This document shows, in pieces, positions 39,290-48,031 of a stretch of DNA of 64,000 nt (position 1 is its first letter; each line of letters starts with the position of its first letter). A program made the translations under genes and the position numbers. The notes beneath the pieces are model-generated. The model was given only the letters and a program-made list of their open reading frames with translations. It did no database searches and was not told the DNA's origin. The DNA lies in the sequence record KJ019103.1, one strand, 5' to 3'.

Positions 39290-39559
39290 ATGAAACGCAA
39301 AGCAACCAGGAACTTTGATCTTAGGATCAGGTTAGATAAGAACAAATGGAAAGTAGTTCAGTTAGAAGAGGGTAAGATAGTTACCCCAGCTAAGTTGAAA
39401 GAACTGAACGCTAGACAGATAAGAGATTATACAGAAGAAGTTAAAGAGGTTGACTTAAGTTTTCTATCACCAGAAGATAAGCGTTACTACCGTAAACATA
39501 AGTCTAATCCAGATATGGATTGGGCTCTAGATATTCTCTCCTATCCCCCAACTAAATGA
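39290..39559 (+). CDS. basic hypothetical protein
   Basis: start corrected to MKRKATRN. Confidence 0.65.
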   Translation: MKRKATRNFDLRIRLDKNKWKVVQLEEGKIVTPAKLKELNARQIRDYTEEVKEVDLSFLSPEDKRYYRKHKSNPDMDWALDILSYPPTK

Positions 39560-39720
39560 AAAGCAAGTATGTAGAGCTTATGTCCTTATGGAAAAGAGCT
39601 ATGTCAATGAACAACAAAGAGGAAGCATTCCGTCTAAAGAGTGAGGCTAACCAACTCATTATAGAAGGGAAGGTAACAGATAGGGAGATAACAGCAGGTA
39701 AGTTTATTGGTTGGCGTTGA
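39556..39720 (+). CDS. small hypothetical protein (missing from ORF track)
   Basis: MKSKYVELMSLWKRAM...; coupled. Confidence 0.55.
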   Translation: MKSKYVELMSLWKRAMSMNNKEEAFRLKSEANQLIIEGKVTDREITAGKFIGWR

Positions 39721-39733
39721 TTGATATAAACTC

Positions 39734-39891
39734 ATTTTTCCATAACGGGGATGGCAGGGACTACCTACCGTCCCTTTTTTATGAAAATATGGATTTTTAC
39801 GAGTTTGGGTCTAGTGCCTGACTGGGTTCTCAGGGGGCAACAAACCCCATATCACCCGGATACCACCCCCCTACACAAAACCACAAACCAT
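39734..39891. repeat. 158-bp non-coding element, copy A
   Basis: collinear with 49341-49498: ATTTTTCCATA, ATATGGwTTTTT, GTCTAGTGsCTsACTGGkkTCTCAG. Confidence 0.7.
39757..39780 (+). terminator. intrinsic terminator
   Basis: GGGAC-N8-GTCCC-T6. Confidence 0.7.
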
Positions 39892-39951
39892 TGTGCCAGT
39901 TGGACTAGTGGCACAACCCCCCTAGGCAAACCCACAGCAGTCGTGTATTGT
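39892..39951 (+). promoter_or_regulatory. element copy 11
   Basis: TGTGCCAG..GTGGCACA, TAGGCA-17-TATTGT. Confidence 0.88.
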
Positions 39952-39997
39952 ATAGAAGTGGAGGGGAAACCCACCACACAAACCACTAACTAACCAA

Positions 39998-40180
39998 ATG
40001 AACCGTATCCAAATCAACAAAGAACTCACACAACTTCGCGAAGAACGTGAAAAAGCACAGCGTGAAGTTGATAACATTCAAGCATGTATGAATGAGTTGA
40101 TGAAGAAGCGTAATGAGTTGGATATGGAACAAGAAGAGCGTTCAGGTCAGATGTTATTCGACCAGATGTTCGGAGGTTGA
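39998..40180 (+). CDS. small coiled-coil protein
   Basis: heptad-rich ORF after copy 11. Confidence 0.7.
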   Translation: MNRIQINKELTQLREEREKAQREVDNIQACMNELMKKRNELDMEQEERSGQMLFDQMFGG

Positions 40181-40209
40181 GTTAGTAACACAAACTATTC
40201 ACTAAAACA

Positions 40210-40455
40210 ATGAACACAACAACAATCAACATTCTCAAATCACTGGACATTCTTTCCACTTTGATTCAGGCATTCTATGAGATTGGATATGAACTTGGCA
40301 CCTTCTATCGCAACCATCTTCATTCACATGTGAAGTTTGCTATTGAATACTCTGGTCTTGTTATTCGTGAGACCTATGGTAACCGTCAAGAGTATTTCAC
40401 AAAACTGAATAACTTCCGCAACCAAGCTGGTTCATACTTTGTCTATAGCGTGTGA
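40210..40455 (+). CDS. hypothetical protein
   Basis: stop codon is the TGA of copy 12. Confidence 0.7.
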   Translation: MNTTTINILKSLDILSTLIQAFYEIGYELGTFYRNHLHSHVKFAIEYSGLVIRETYGNRQEYFTKLNNFRNQAGSYFVYSV

Positions 40456-40510
40456 CAGTTGAGGAAGTGGCACAACCCCCCTTGGCAAACCCCTCAGGGG
40501 GTGCTATACT
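40451..40510 (+). promoter_or_regulatory. element copy 12
   Basis: full dyad, TTGGCA-17-TATACT. Confidence 0.92.
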
Positions 40511-40535
40511 ATATTCATACCAAAGGGAACCACCC

Positions 40536-40778
40536 ATGACTCATCTTTCCTTCACTCAGACCACACAAAACGCACTCCGTGAGTTAGATCGTTTAGAGGG
40601 AATTAAAGTTAGACTCGCTGGTCTGATTGTTGATCTTAAAGAGACACCATCAGCTAACTCTGAGACTTGGGTCAGGATGTATACTGACCGCCTCGTTTCT
40701 AATGTTATCCCAGCCATCAAGGAAGTTAAAGAATATCTCACTAGTCAGGATGCACTAGTTACCAAAGCATCCAACTGA
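40536..40778 (+). CDS. hypothetical protein
   Basis: start corrected to MTHLSF after AAGGGAAC. Confidence 0.7.
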   Translation: MTHLSFTQTTQNALRELDRLEGIKVRLAGLIVDLKETPSANSETWVRMYTDRLVSNVIPAIKEVKEYLTSQDALVTKASN

Positions 40779-40826
40779 CAAACTGGCACAAGGGGGGTTG
40801 GCAAGACCCCCCAAAACCCCTATACT
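40767..40826 (+). promoter_or_regulatory. element copy 13 (left arm lost)
   Basis: CTGGCACA, TTGGCA-17-TATACT. Confidence 0.85.
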
Positions 40827-40855
40827 AAACACATACCAAACAAAGGGAACAACCC

Positions 40856-41107
40856 ATGGCTCAACAAATCAAAATGAGAACACGAGTTTATTCTGATGTG
40901 ACAGTAAGAGATCCACAGAAATATTATGATAGTGTGTTTCAGGGTTATAATGAGTACTGGACACTATTAGATTCAGAAGATCCACAATGTATCTTAGTTG
41001 AGACTACCGCACGATATGATTTAAACCCAGAGGGTTTGGATAACTTATACGACTTGATTACTCCTGAAATGTATCAGTCAACATCAAGGACTTATGTGAA
41101 AGTATAA
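40856..41107 (+). CDS. hypothetical protein
   Basis: single-gene unit. Confidence 0.7.
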   Translation: MAQQIKMRTRVYSDVTVRDPQKYYDSVFQGYNEYWTLLDSEDPQCILVETTARYDLNPEGLDNLYDLITPEMYQSTSRTYVKV

Positions 41108-41109
41108 GG

Positions 41110-41168
41110 TGTGACAGTTGGAGAAGTGGCACACGCTTCCCCGCAAACCACCCCACACCTGCTATACT
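41110..41168 (+). promoter_or_regulatory. element copy 14 (CCGCA class)
   Basis: full dyad, CCCGCA-17-TATACT. Confidence 0.9.
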
Positions 41169-41189
41169 ATATTCATACCAAAGGAACCA

Positions 41190-41357
41190 ATGTTTAAGTC
41201 ACAAGTTCAGCGAATCGTCCGCGACACTGTTATTGGTCAGAGTGCTTCACTCACACGCGAAGAGAAGTGGTCCGTGTTCATCCAAGTCTGTGATGGTCTC
41301 TACAGTGACGGTCGCATCACACTCAAGCAACATGAAAGTTGGACATCCCCTTTCTGA
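41190..41357 (+). CDS. hypothetical protein
   Basis: start corrected to MFKSQVQR. Confidence 0.7.
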   Translation: MFKSQVQRIVRDTVIGQSASLTREEKWSVFIQVCDGLYSDGRITLKQHESWTSPF

Positions 41358-41366
41358 TCACCCTGA

Positions 41367-41426
41367 TGTGACAGTTGGACTAGTGGCACAAGCCCCCTAG
41401 GCAAACCCCTCCACACCTGCTATACT
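41367..41426 (+). promoter_or_regulatory. element copy 15
   Basis: full dyad, TAGGCA-17-TATACT. Confidence 0.92.
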
Positions 41427-41450
41427 ATATTCATACCAAAGGAACCCAAC

Positions 41451-41648
41451 ATGGTTATCGACACTGACAACTATTTCACCACTGACAACGATCTTCTTCA
41501 GGCAGTATCACAATTCATTCTCTCACTGAATAACAAACTTATCAGTCAGAATGAGAACTTCCAGAGAGATACTGGTATCACTACTCTTGATAGTTTCAAT
41601 GAGTGTCTTATCGCTGAATGTGAAGAATACAAGTGTTATGATGTATAA
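41451..41648 (+). CDS. hypothetical protein
   Basis: after copy 15. Confidence 0.65.
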   Translation: MVIDTDNYFTTDNDLLQAVSQFILSLNNKLISQNENFQRDTGITTLDSFNECLIAECEEYKCYDV

Positions 41649-41785
41649 TGAGATTACTTATTCTCTTCTTGTTTGTCACTGGGTTTCTAGTCCTTAGATT
41701 CGGAGTTGTCCCCCATGACAACTACGTATTCGATTGTGACAACATCCCACAAACAACAATCAACACCATCGCCTGTGGTGGTTAA
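41648..41785 (+). CDS. small membrane protein (missing from ORF track)
   Basis: MRLLILFLFVTGFLVLRFGVVPHDNYVFDCDNIPQTTINTIACGG. Confidence 0.5.
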   Translation: MRLLILFLFVTGFLVLRFGVVPHDNYVFDCDNIPQTTINTIACGG

Positions 41786-41808
41786 CACTCAACCTCAACT
41801 ATTTCATC

Positions 41809-42318
41809 ATGACTGATACTAACAAGGCTCAAACAATTGAAGAGCTGAAAGCTGAAGTTTCTGAACTGAAGGCAGCTAGGAAGGAAGAACTTCTGGCACA
41901 GGCAGAACAACGAAAGCAAGATGAGGAACTTCGTTCACTCGAACTTCAGAAACAAGCTCTAGAAAGTGGTTCCCTCCCCTCCCCCACAGGCACACCCCAG
42001 TCACTACAACGTAGGATGACTGATGTTGAAAACGCACGAGTTCGCACCTGGGCATATGCACTAGGAGCTTATTTCACTGGTCCTATCATGCCAGCTGTGG
42101 TGGCTAATCGTACTAAGAACTGGACACCTTTCTGGGCTGGATTGGGTCTTGGTATTGTATCTCTCCCCCTAGCATTTGCTGACCTTGGTATCATCTCCTC
42201 TGTCCCTGCAGCTGCTTTAGGAACTGTACTTCAGGCTCAGAAATCTAACAAGAAACGTGAGGAGTTGGGTATTGTTTCCCCTGAGGAAGCTGACCTCCTC
42301 CGGTTCAAACAGTTCTGA
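41809..42318 (+). CDS. membrane protein with N-terminal coiled coil
   Basis: coiled coil followed by 2-3 hydrophobic helices. Confidence 0.75.
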   Translation: MTDTNKAQTIEELKAEVSELKAARKEELLAQAEQRKQDEELRSLELQKQALESGSLPSPTGTPQSLQRRMTDVENARVRTWAYALGAYFTGPIMPAVVANRTKNWTPFWAGLGLGIVSLPLAFADLGIISSVPAAALGTVLQAQKSNKKREELGIVSPEEADLLRFKQF

Positions 42319-42415
42319 TTAAGTTACATCTCTGACCTCCTCAGTTTATACTGACGACTAAACCAACCGAGAGCGCTGGTCCCCTCTCACAACTCACCTT
42401 ATCTAACTATCTACT

Positions 42416-42961
42416 ATGGCTATTTTCTCCGAAGAGTTCACCAACAGCATCAAGTCTAAAGTTGATTCAGCAAAGAACAAAATCTCTAACATCAACATTG
42501 GGAAACAGAGTGTCGTTGCTATTGTGGGAGGTACTTTAGTATTCTCAACCCTCGCAGTTGGTGCAGTTGGTGCTACAGTTCGTCAGGTTGTTGGTTCTAA
42601 CATTGGCAAAGAATGTAATGTGGCTGTTGGTGACTATGTGAGGTTGGCTGAAGTTCAAGAGACACAACTACTCAAGGCTAATGGATATATTCAATCGGTT
42701 CTAGAAAACCCTTGGAGCGCCCTAGTCCTTGGTGCTAGGATGTCTGAGATGGCAGACGAGATGAGTGCTCGTTGGGATGAGATTGGTGAAGCTGATGACA
42801 CTTACCTTGAATCATGTGTTCTTGATGGTGACTTCAAGCGTTGGGTATTTGGTGGATATGTTCAAGAGGATCGTGAAGTGAAGTGGGAAGCTCAAGCTAA
42901 CCTAGAGGAAACTCGTCAGGTTACAGTTAAACTCTCTGAGCAACTAGATAGCCGGTACTGA
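42416..42961 (+). CDS. membrane-anchored helical protein
   Basis: TM segment at residues ~32-52. Confidence 0.75.
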   Translation: MAIFSEEFTNSIKSKVDSAKNKISNINIGKQSVVAIVGGTLVFSTLAVGAVGATVRQVVGSNIGKECNVAVGDYVRLAEVQETQLLKANGYIQSVLENPWSALVLGARMSEMADEMSARWDEIGEADDTYLESCVLDGDFKRWVFGGYVQEDREVKWEAQANLEETRQVTVKLSEQLDSRY

Positions 42962-43021
42962 TGTGACAGTTGAATAAGTGGCACAAGGGGGGTTCGCAAC
43001 CCTCCTTTTTTATGCTATACT
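42962..43021 (+). promoter_or_regulatory. element copy 16 (with terminator)
   Basis: full dyad, TTCGCA-17-TATACT. Confidence 0.92.
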
Positions 43022-43045
43022 ATATTCATACCAAAGGAACCACAC

Positions 43046-43297
43046 ATGCCCAACCCTTTCGAGTCACTGACCTCTGAGGAGTTTTCGTTTCTATCTGACG
43101 CATGTGCCCTCTCTGAGCAAATGTGGAGGGAGCGCTCCCGTTCTATAAAAGCAGGGGAGCCACGTTGGTTTCTAGATGGTGAGCCCATGTTCACTGAAGA
43201 GGAATGTCGCTCAGAAATGAAACGATACCGTGAGTTACAGAAGCGAGTTTCCTGGTTCTCCCTCACACCAGAAGAGATGGAGCGTGTGACAGTCTAG
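43046..43297 (+). CDS. hypothetical protein
   Basis: ends ERVTV in copy 17. Confidence 0.7.
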   Translation: MPNPFESLTSEEFSFLSDACALSEQMWRERSRSIKAGEPRWFLDGEPMFTEEECRSEMKRYRELQKRVSWFSLTPEEMERVTV

Positions 43298-43344
43298 AAA
43301 CTGGCACAAGCCCCCTAGGCAAACCCCTCCTTTTCTGCTATACT
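43285..43344 (+). promoter_or_regulatory. element copy 17
   Basis: full dyad, TAGGCA-17-TATACT. Confidence 0.92.
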
Positions 43345-43366
43345 ATTCACATACAGACAAAACACT

Positions 43367-44272
43367 ATGGCTAAGAATCTCCACCTAGAACACCCAGAAG
43401 ACCAGCTCCTCACTGGTGATGATAGTGTCATCAGTTGGTTCTATGCAACCTCTAGTTCCTCTGTGAAGATGGATGGGGCTCCTGCTATTGTATGGGGAAC
43501 TAACCCTGAAAATGGTGAGTTCTTTGTTGGAACTAAGTCAGTGTTTAACAAGAAGAAGATCAAGATATGTTATACTCAGAAGGATATTACAACACTATAT
43601 GGCCATCAACCTAATGTGGTTGCTATCCTCACTGCCTGTTTGGCATACCTCCCCCGCACTGATGTAGTGTATCAGGGTGACTTTATTGGGTTTGGTGGTG
43701 ATGATACCTATACCCCCAATACCGTCACCTATGTGTTCCCTGAGGTTATTCAGGAACGTGTTATCATGGCACCCCATACTTTCTATGTGGGTGAGAAGAT
43801 GACTGAGATGGATGCATTCCCTATCTTATCCACTCTAGATGAATCACGTCACGTTTGTTTTGTCCAACCCACTGTAGATATCTACAACAATAAGGCAAAC
43901 TGGGAAGAGTTTCAGCGTTGTTATGATGAAGTGAAAGAGGTAGATGGTTTCCTAGGTATCAAGAGAGCCACAGAGGCAAAGATCATCATCAACCAGTTAC
44001 TCCGTAACAACAAGTATCTTAGTATTCCACTATTGACTGAGATCTTTGGTACCAAAGAGATGGCTATTCTCTACACCTTCGCATTACATGAGAAGTTCAG
44101 AATCCTTGAGGATGCTATCTACTACGATGGTCCTCAGTGTTTGTTAGATGGTGATGATGTAGAGTCTGAGGGTATTGTTAGAACCAATCAGTTTGGTTCT
44201 ATGAAACTCGTCAATCGTTACATCTTCAGTGTAGCAAACTTCAACAACAGCAAGTTCAGAGAGGTGAAGTAA
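43367..44272 (+). CDS. putative ATP-dependent ligase-fold nucleotidyltransferase
   Basis: KMDGAP (KxDG motif I), YQGDF, EGIV, MKLV in the order of ligase motifs I/III/IV/V. Confidence 0.55.
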   Translation: MAKNLHLEHPEDQLLTGDDSVISWFYATSSSSVKMDGAPAIVWGTNPENGEFFVGTKSVFNKKKIKICYTQKDITTLYGHQPNVVAILTACLAYLPRTDVVYQGDFIGFGGDDTYTPNTVTYVFPEVIQERVIMAPHTFYVGEKMTEMDAFPILSTLDESRHVCFVQPTVDIYNNKANWEEFQRCYDEVKEVDGFLGIKRATEAKIIINQLLRNNKYLSIPLLTEIFGTKEMAILYTFALHEKFRILEDAIYYDGPQCLLDGDDVESEGIVRTNQFGSMKLVNRYIFSVANFNNSKFREVK

Positions 44273-44466
44273 TGATTGACTTCGATACTCTAACCCACGA
44301 AGAACTAGAGAGACTATCTGATGACTGTGAAGACTTTCTTCTTCATAGAAATATACCTCTAAGGTCACATTCCTATGAGAATATCATCAGACATGCTATT
44401 TTGGAAGGATACCAACTATCTCGGTATCCTGGTGTGACACCTGGGAAACTGGCACAAGACCCCTAG
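44272..44466 (+). CDS. hypothetical protein
   Basis: reads through the dyad and stops at the TAG of the -35. Confidence 0.7.
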   Translation: MIDFDTLTHEELERLSDDCEDFLLHRNIPLRSHSYENIIRHAILEGYQLSRYPGVTPGKLAQDP

Positions 44467-44492
44467 ACAAACCAGACCACACCTGCTATACT
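44433..44492 (+). promoter_or_regulatory. element copy 18
   Basis: TGTGACAC..CTGGCACA, TAGACA-17-TATACT. Confidence 0.92.
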
Positions 44493-44516
44493 ATATTCAT
44501 ACCAAACAAACAACCC

Positions 44517-44774
44517 ATGCAACTCACAGCACAACACGCAGACATCGTTGTTGATTTCTACCCTGTAAAGTATTCTGATGGTACTATCAGTGAGCGTCTA
44601 ATGTATAAAACAGTGAAGTTCGTTGGTTCACCCCCATCCAAGTCATATATCAACAAAGAATCCTTCGAAAAGGAAGTTGATTCCCGTGTTTATGGTTTTG
44701 GTTATGAGGTGACTGCTCTACATACAGAGCCACAACTCTTCAACTCTGCACTTGTTCAAACTCGCTGGTCATAA
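44517..44774 (+). CDS. hypothetical protein
   Basis: after copy 18. Confidence 0.75.
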   Translation: MQLTAQHADIVVDFYPVKYSDGTISERLMYKTVKFVGSPPSKSYINKESFEKEVDSRVYGFGYEVTALHTEPQLFNSALVQTRWS

Positions 44775-44776
44775 GT

Positions 44777-44968
44777 ATGAATTACACACAACGGTTGTAT
44801 GAGGCTGAACAACTCTCCACTATGTGTTACCTCCAGGATATTGATCTAATGGATTGTATCATAGAGGTACGTGATTATCTAGAGTTGGGTTATAATGAAA
44901 GTAAAGATATTGCCTCAGGTACATATAAAGTTCTCTCATCAATGAATCCCAATGAGCCTATCAAATGA
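44777..44968 (+). CDS. hypothetical protein
   Basis: operon-like spacing. Confidence 0.6.
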   Translation: MNYTQRLYEAEQLSTMCYLQDIDLMDCIIEVRDYLELGYNESKDIASGTYKVLSSMNPNEPIK

Positions 44969-45323
44969 ATCAATGAAGAAACTTGTGGAAAACGTTGGAC
45001 CTGATGTTTTCCATCTAATTGCTTCTGACCCATACTATACTGAGACCTTTATGAACCTATTACCTGGTGCAATCACTGAGGTTATTGGTGACACTTCCCC
45101 TGAACTTATTGGTGCTTTGGGTATCAGTATCATGAACAGAATTGAGTTTGTTGGTGACGATGATGGTGGTGATAATAAAGCCGCTAAAGTATGGGAGGAG
45201 AGATATAGATCTCTGTTTCGTTATGTCAAAAACACATACGCATCAGAGTATGTTGATGGGGCAGAATATGGTCAGATGGGTACAATGTATGGAGATTTTA
45301 CTAGTACCTCGGAGTTAGACTGA
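44952..45323 (+). CDS. hypothetical protein
   Basis: operon-like spacing. Confidence 0.7.
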   Translation: MSLSNESMKKLVENVGPDVFHLIASDPYYTETFMNLLPGAITEVIGDTSPELIGALGISIMNRIEFVGDDDGGDNKAAKVWEERYRSLFRYVKNTYASEYVDGAEYGQMGTMYGDFTSTSELD

Positions 45324-45532
45324 TGCCATCATTTACACCCTATGGTAGATACCAACTAACATCAGTTCAGGTAGATTTGATCCTACATTGTCTAGAATAT
45401 TGTAGGAACCTCACCACTGAAGAAGATAACGAGAAGAGAAAGATTATAGATGAGTTGGGTAGTTCCTTCGCAGAAACTGACCCCTACCCATCAGATCCTT
45501 ACCTAGAACACTATTACACCTGTGACTATTGA
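45323..45532 (+). CDS. hypothetical protein
   Basis: coupled ORF. Confidence 0.65.
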   Translation: MPSFTPYGRYQLTSVQVDLILHCLEYCRNLTTEEDNEKRKIIDELGSSFAETDPYPSDPYLEHYYTCDY

Positions 45533-45906
45533 TGACTGAACTCTTTCCTTTTCCTGGTTTCCAGTATAGATTAGACTATACAGATAACGGAACTCCAAAA
45601 CTATGTTGGTTTGAATGTGAGGATCATTTAGCCAAACATATATCTAGATACAAACTAACAAAGAAAACTCACAGGGCAAAGATCCAAACCCCTCGCGGTG
45701 TGAAGTTGGCGAAAGACCCGCTAGCCACCAAACCAGCCAGGAAACGGAAAACCACCCCCCAGAAACCCAGTGATACCAAGGGTTCTAAAGTATCAAAAAC
45801 ACAAAAATCCATAACGAAGGGCAAGAAGGTAGAAACACCCACCCCCTCCCGTAGGAAAGCGAAGAAATCAGTTTTTAGTACCGTGGAGGACTTCTTTACC
45901 AAATGA
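45529..45906 (+). CDS. hypothetical protein with Lys-rich tail
   Basis: highly basic low-complexity C-terminus. Confidence 0.7.
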   Translation: MMTELFPFPGFQYRLDYTDNGTPKLCWFECEDHLAKHISRYKLTKKTHRAKIQTPRGVKLAKDPLATKPARKRKTTPQKPSDTKGSKVSKTQKSITKGKKVETPTPSRRKAKKSVFSTVEDFFTK

Positions 45907-46094
45907 TTGTACCTAACGAATCAGAATTGCTTCACCTAAAGATACAAGCAGCAATGAGGGAGAATGCTTTTCCTCACAATCAGTTGATGTATCTGGGTGA
46001 GAGAGAAGATCAACACTGGTATCTAATAGCAGGAAAACATGAAGTGCCAGTAACAATGTTAGAAGGATTTGAGAGGATTGATGATGAAGAATGA
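45903..46094 (+). CDS. hypothetical protein
   Basis: ATGA-coupled ORF. Confidence 0.7.
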   Translation: MIVPNESELLHLKIQAAMRENAFPHNQLMYLGEREDQHWYLIAGKHEVPVTMLEGFERIDDEE

Positions 46095-46236
46095 TAAACT
46101 AAAGACATATCACCTAAAGGTAAAGTTTATGGATGAACTAACCTATGGTCAGTTTATTACAGCACCCAGTGAAGAGGAAGCCATGAGACTTTTCATTGAG
46201 GAGTATATCTACATCGCATCGGAGAGAGACACATGA
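46084..46236 (+). CDS. small hypothetical protein (missing from ORF track)
   Basis: MKNDKLKTYHLKVKF...; fills the gap and is coupled to the next ORF. Confidence 0.55.
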   Translation: MKNDKLKTYHLKVKFMDELTYGQFITAPSEEEAMRLFIEEYIYIASERDT

Positions 46237-46424
46237 ACCACAATAAGGTAGCAGAGGCTCTTCATGAAGAAGTAACTGATTATATCTTTAAGAACCATTA
46301 TCGCCATATCAAATCAGTTTATACTGATGTTGTTGAGGAATACATAGAGAGGGAAGTGGGTCCTCTAACTGAGAGGAACCACAAACAACTAGTTAAACAA
46401 CTCGTTAAATTCTACATCTCCTGA
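46233..46424 (+). CDS. hypothetical protein
   Basis: coupled ORF. Confidence 0.65.
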   Translation: MNHNKVAEALHEEVTDYIFKNHYRHIKSVYTDVVEEYIEREVGPLTERNHKQLVKQLVKFYIS

Positions 46425-46438
46425 TTGAGCTTTTCGTT

Positions 46439-46648
46439 ATGTCTTCACCATCAGCATTCACACCAGCATTAGGTCTAGAAGTTGAATACAGGGGCTTTGT
46501 GGGTTATATCAAGTTTATAGATGAAGAATATTTAACAGTGTGTGTGAAGAAGAAAGAGCACCAAATGTTTGGTGATGTTTGTATGGTTGTGTATCCAAGT
46601 CAGTGGGAACACATTAAACTAATGGGCGGACCTCACAGAGACCGCTAG
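46439..46648 (+). CDS. hypothetical protein
   Basis: stop lies in the left arm of copy 19. Confidence 0.7.
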   Translation: MSSPSAFTPALGLEVEYRGFVGYIKFIDEEYLTVCVKKKEHQMFGDVCMVVYPSQWEHIKLMGGPHRDR

Positions 46649-46705
46649 GACAGTTGGGGAAGTGTCACAAGGGGGCTAGGCAAGCCCCCTTTGTCGTGCT
46701 ATACT
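46646..46705 (+). promoter_or_regulatory. element copy 19 (with hairpin)
   Basis: TAGGACAG..GTGTCACA, TAGGCA-17-TATACT. Confidence 0.88.
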
Positions 46706-46732
46706 ATATTCATACCAAAGGGAACCACCCCC

Positions 46733-46879
46733 ATGACTATCAACCTTAAAAGTCTATTCATCACCACTTGTGTGGGTCTCACCCTAATACTAGGGAGCTT
46801 CGCTTTTACCAGTGATTATGGTACTGAGACCGGGCGTGGCGAACAGACTGAGAGCCCTTACTACGGACCCGCTTTCTAA
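46733..46879 (+). CDS. small membrane/exported protein
   Basis: start corrected to MTINLKSL; hydrophobic N-terminus. Confidence 0.6.
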   Translation: MTINLKSLFITTCVGLTLILGSFAFTSDYGTETGRGEQTESPYYGPAF

Positions 46880-46924
46880 AGTGGCACAAGGGGGGTTGGC
46901 AATACCCTCTACACCTGCTATACT
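46865..46924 (+). promoter_or_regulatory. element copy 20 (left arm lost)
   Basis: GTGGCACA, TTGGCA-17-TATACT. Confidence 0.85.
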
Positions 46925-46947
46925 AAACACATACCAAACAAAGAACC

Positions 46948-47124
46948 ATGTTCAAACTTCAACTCAAGTGGCAGAAAGAAGGTGAGTGGATTGATACAGT
47001 ATACGCTCCTACAGAATACGCAACAGCTTTCTTTCGTTGGAGACAGTACCAAGAGCTTTGGGGTGATACTCACACCTATCGCCTCCTCGATGTGACACCT
47101 CAGGAAGTGGCACAAGCCTCCTAG
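46948..47124 (+). CDS. small hypothetical protein (missing from ORF track)
   Basis: MFKLQLKWQKEGEW...DVTPQEVAQAS; reads through copy 21. Confidence 0.65.
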   Translation: MFKLQLKWQKEGEWIDTVYAPTEYATAFFRWRQYQELWGDTHTYRLLDVTPQEVAQAS

Positions 47125-47150
47125 GCAAACCACCCCACACCTGCTATACT
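47091..47150 (+). promoter_or_regulatory. element copy 21
   Basis: TGTGACAC..GTGGCACA, TAGGCA-17-TATACT. Confidence 0.92.
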
Positions 47151-47173
47151 AAACACATACCAAACAAAGAACC

Positions 47174-47455
47174 ATGAATTTCAAGTCCTTCCTTCTTTCC
47201 TCACTCATCGTCACCACCGGGCTAGTAGCCTCAGCACCAGGAGCCAAAGCCGCTGAATGTTTCATGGGTGATGGCTATCGGGTTTGTATGGAGAGCTTAG
47301 GCATGAACCGTTGGGAAGTATCCTTCGAGAACAACCATGGCTCAGAGTTTATGGAGGTTCAGTGTATTGGTAAGAGTGTGAGTGATTGGACATCACGAGG
47401 TGATTTGAGTCAGTCTGAGGCAAACTATCTCGCAGAACAGTTCTGTTCCTGGTAA
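47174..47455 (+). CDS. exported four-Cys protein (paralog of 50861)
   Basis: signal peptide ending AKA; four Cys. Confidence 0.75.
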   Translation: MNFKSFLLSSLIVTTGLVASAPGAKAAECFMGDGYRVCMESLGMNRWEVSFENNHGSEFMEVQCIGKSVSDWTSRGDLSQSEANYLAEQFCSW

Positions 47456-47488
47456 GATATAACAACTAACCAACTCTACACTATTATC

Positions 47489-47647
47489 ATGTTTGTATCC
47501 TTCACTGAAATCCAAGACTATATTCGCGAAGATCAATACACATATAGTGAGCGCCAGTTCCGCTCACGCAAGTATAAAAAGAACGAACGTCGTTATCAGC
47601 GTCGTCAGAAGCAACAACAAAGAGAACGCAACTACGATAGCGTGTGA
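47489..47647 (+). CDS. small Arg/Gln-rich protein (missing from ORF track)
   Basis: MFVSFTEIQDYIRED...; stop is the TGA of copy 22. Confidence 0.6.
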   Translation: MFVSFTEIQDYIREDQYTYSERQFRSRKYKKNERRYQRRQKQQQRERNYDSV

Positions 47648-47701
47648 CAGTTGGAGAAGTGGCACACACTTCTCCGCAAACCCCTCAGGGGGTGCTATAC
47701 T
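47643..47701 (+). promoter_or_regulatory. element copy 22 (CCGCA class)
   Basis: full dyad, TCCGCA-17-TATACT. Confidence 0.92.
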
Positions 47702-47726
47702 ATATTCATACCAAAGGGAACCACCC

Positions 47727-47951
47727 ATGACCACCACCACTCCAAACCTCTACAACGAAGCTATCCGTCGTTTGGCTGACGGGTTCTCCTCAGAGTTCGC
47801 TGAGTTCTGTGCAGGAGACGAGAGGGTTCACGAGATCATGATGGACCTCGCTAGTGAGTTCGTAGAAACCAATATCCCTGTAGTGAGTGAGGATAGCCAG
47901 CACGACGTGGCTTCTGAGCTCCTCATGAGTATCACAGTCACCAAGGTGTGA
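47727..47951 (+). CDS. hypothetical protein
   Basis: start corrected to MTTTTPN; stop in copy 23. Confidence 0.7.
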   Translation: MTTTTPNLYNEAIRRLADGFSSEFAEFCAGDERVHEIMMDLASEFVETNIPVVSEDSQHDVASELLMSITVTKV

Positions 47952-48006
47952 CAGTCTAGGAACTGGCACAAGGGGGGTTGGCAACACCCCCCAAAACCTC
48001 TATACT
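47947..48006 (+). promoter_or_regulatory. element copy 23
   Basis: full dyad, TTGGCA-17-TATACT. Confidence 0.92.
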
Positions 48007-48031
48007 AAACACATACCAAACAACCCAGACC

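Noticed and set aside
39751-39993. 80-aa ORF across non-coding element A and copy 11
   Set aside because: It spans a terminator and a promoter, and copy B has no equivalent frame.
42339-42356. TCAGT-TTAT-ACTGA palindrome before ORF 42416
   Set aside because: Single short stem with no T tract and no second copy; may be chance.
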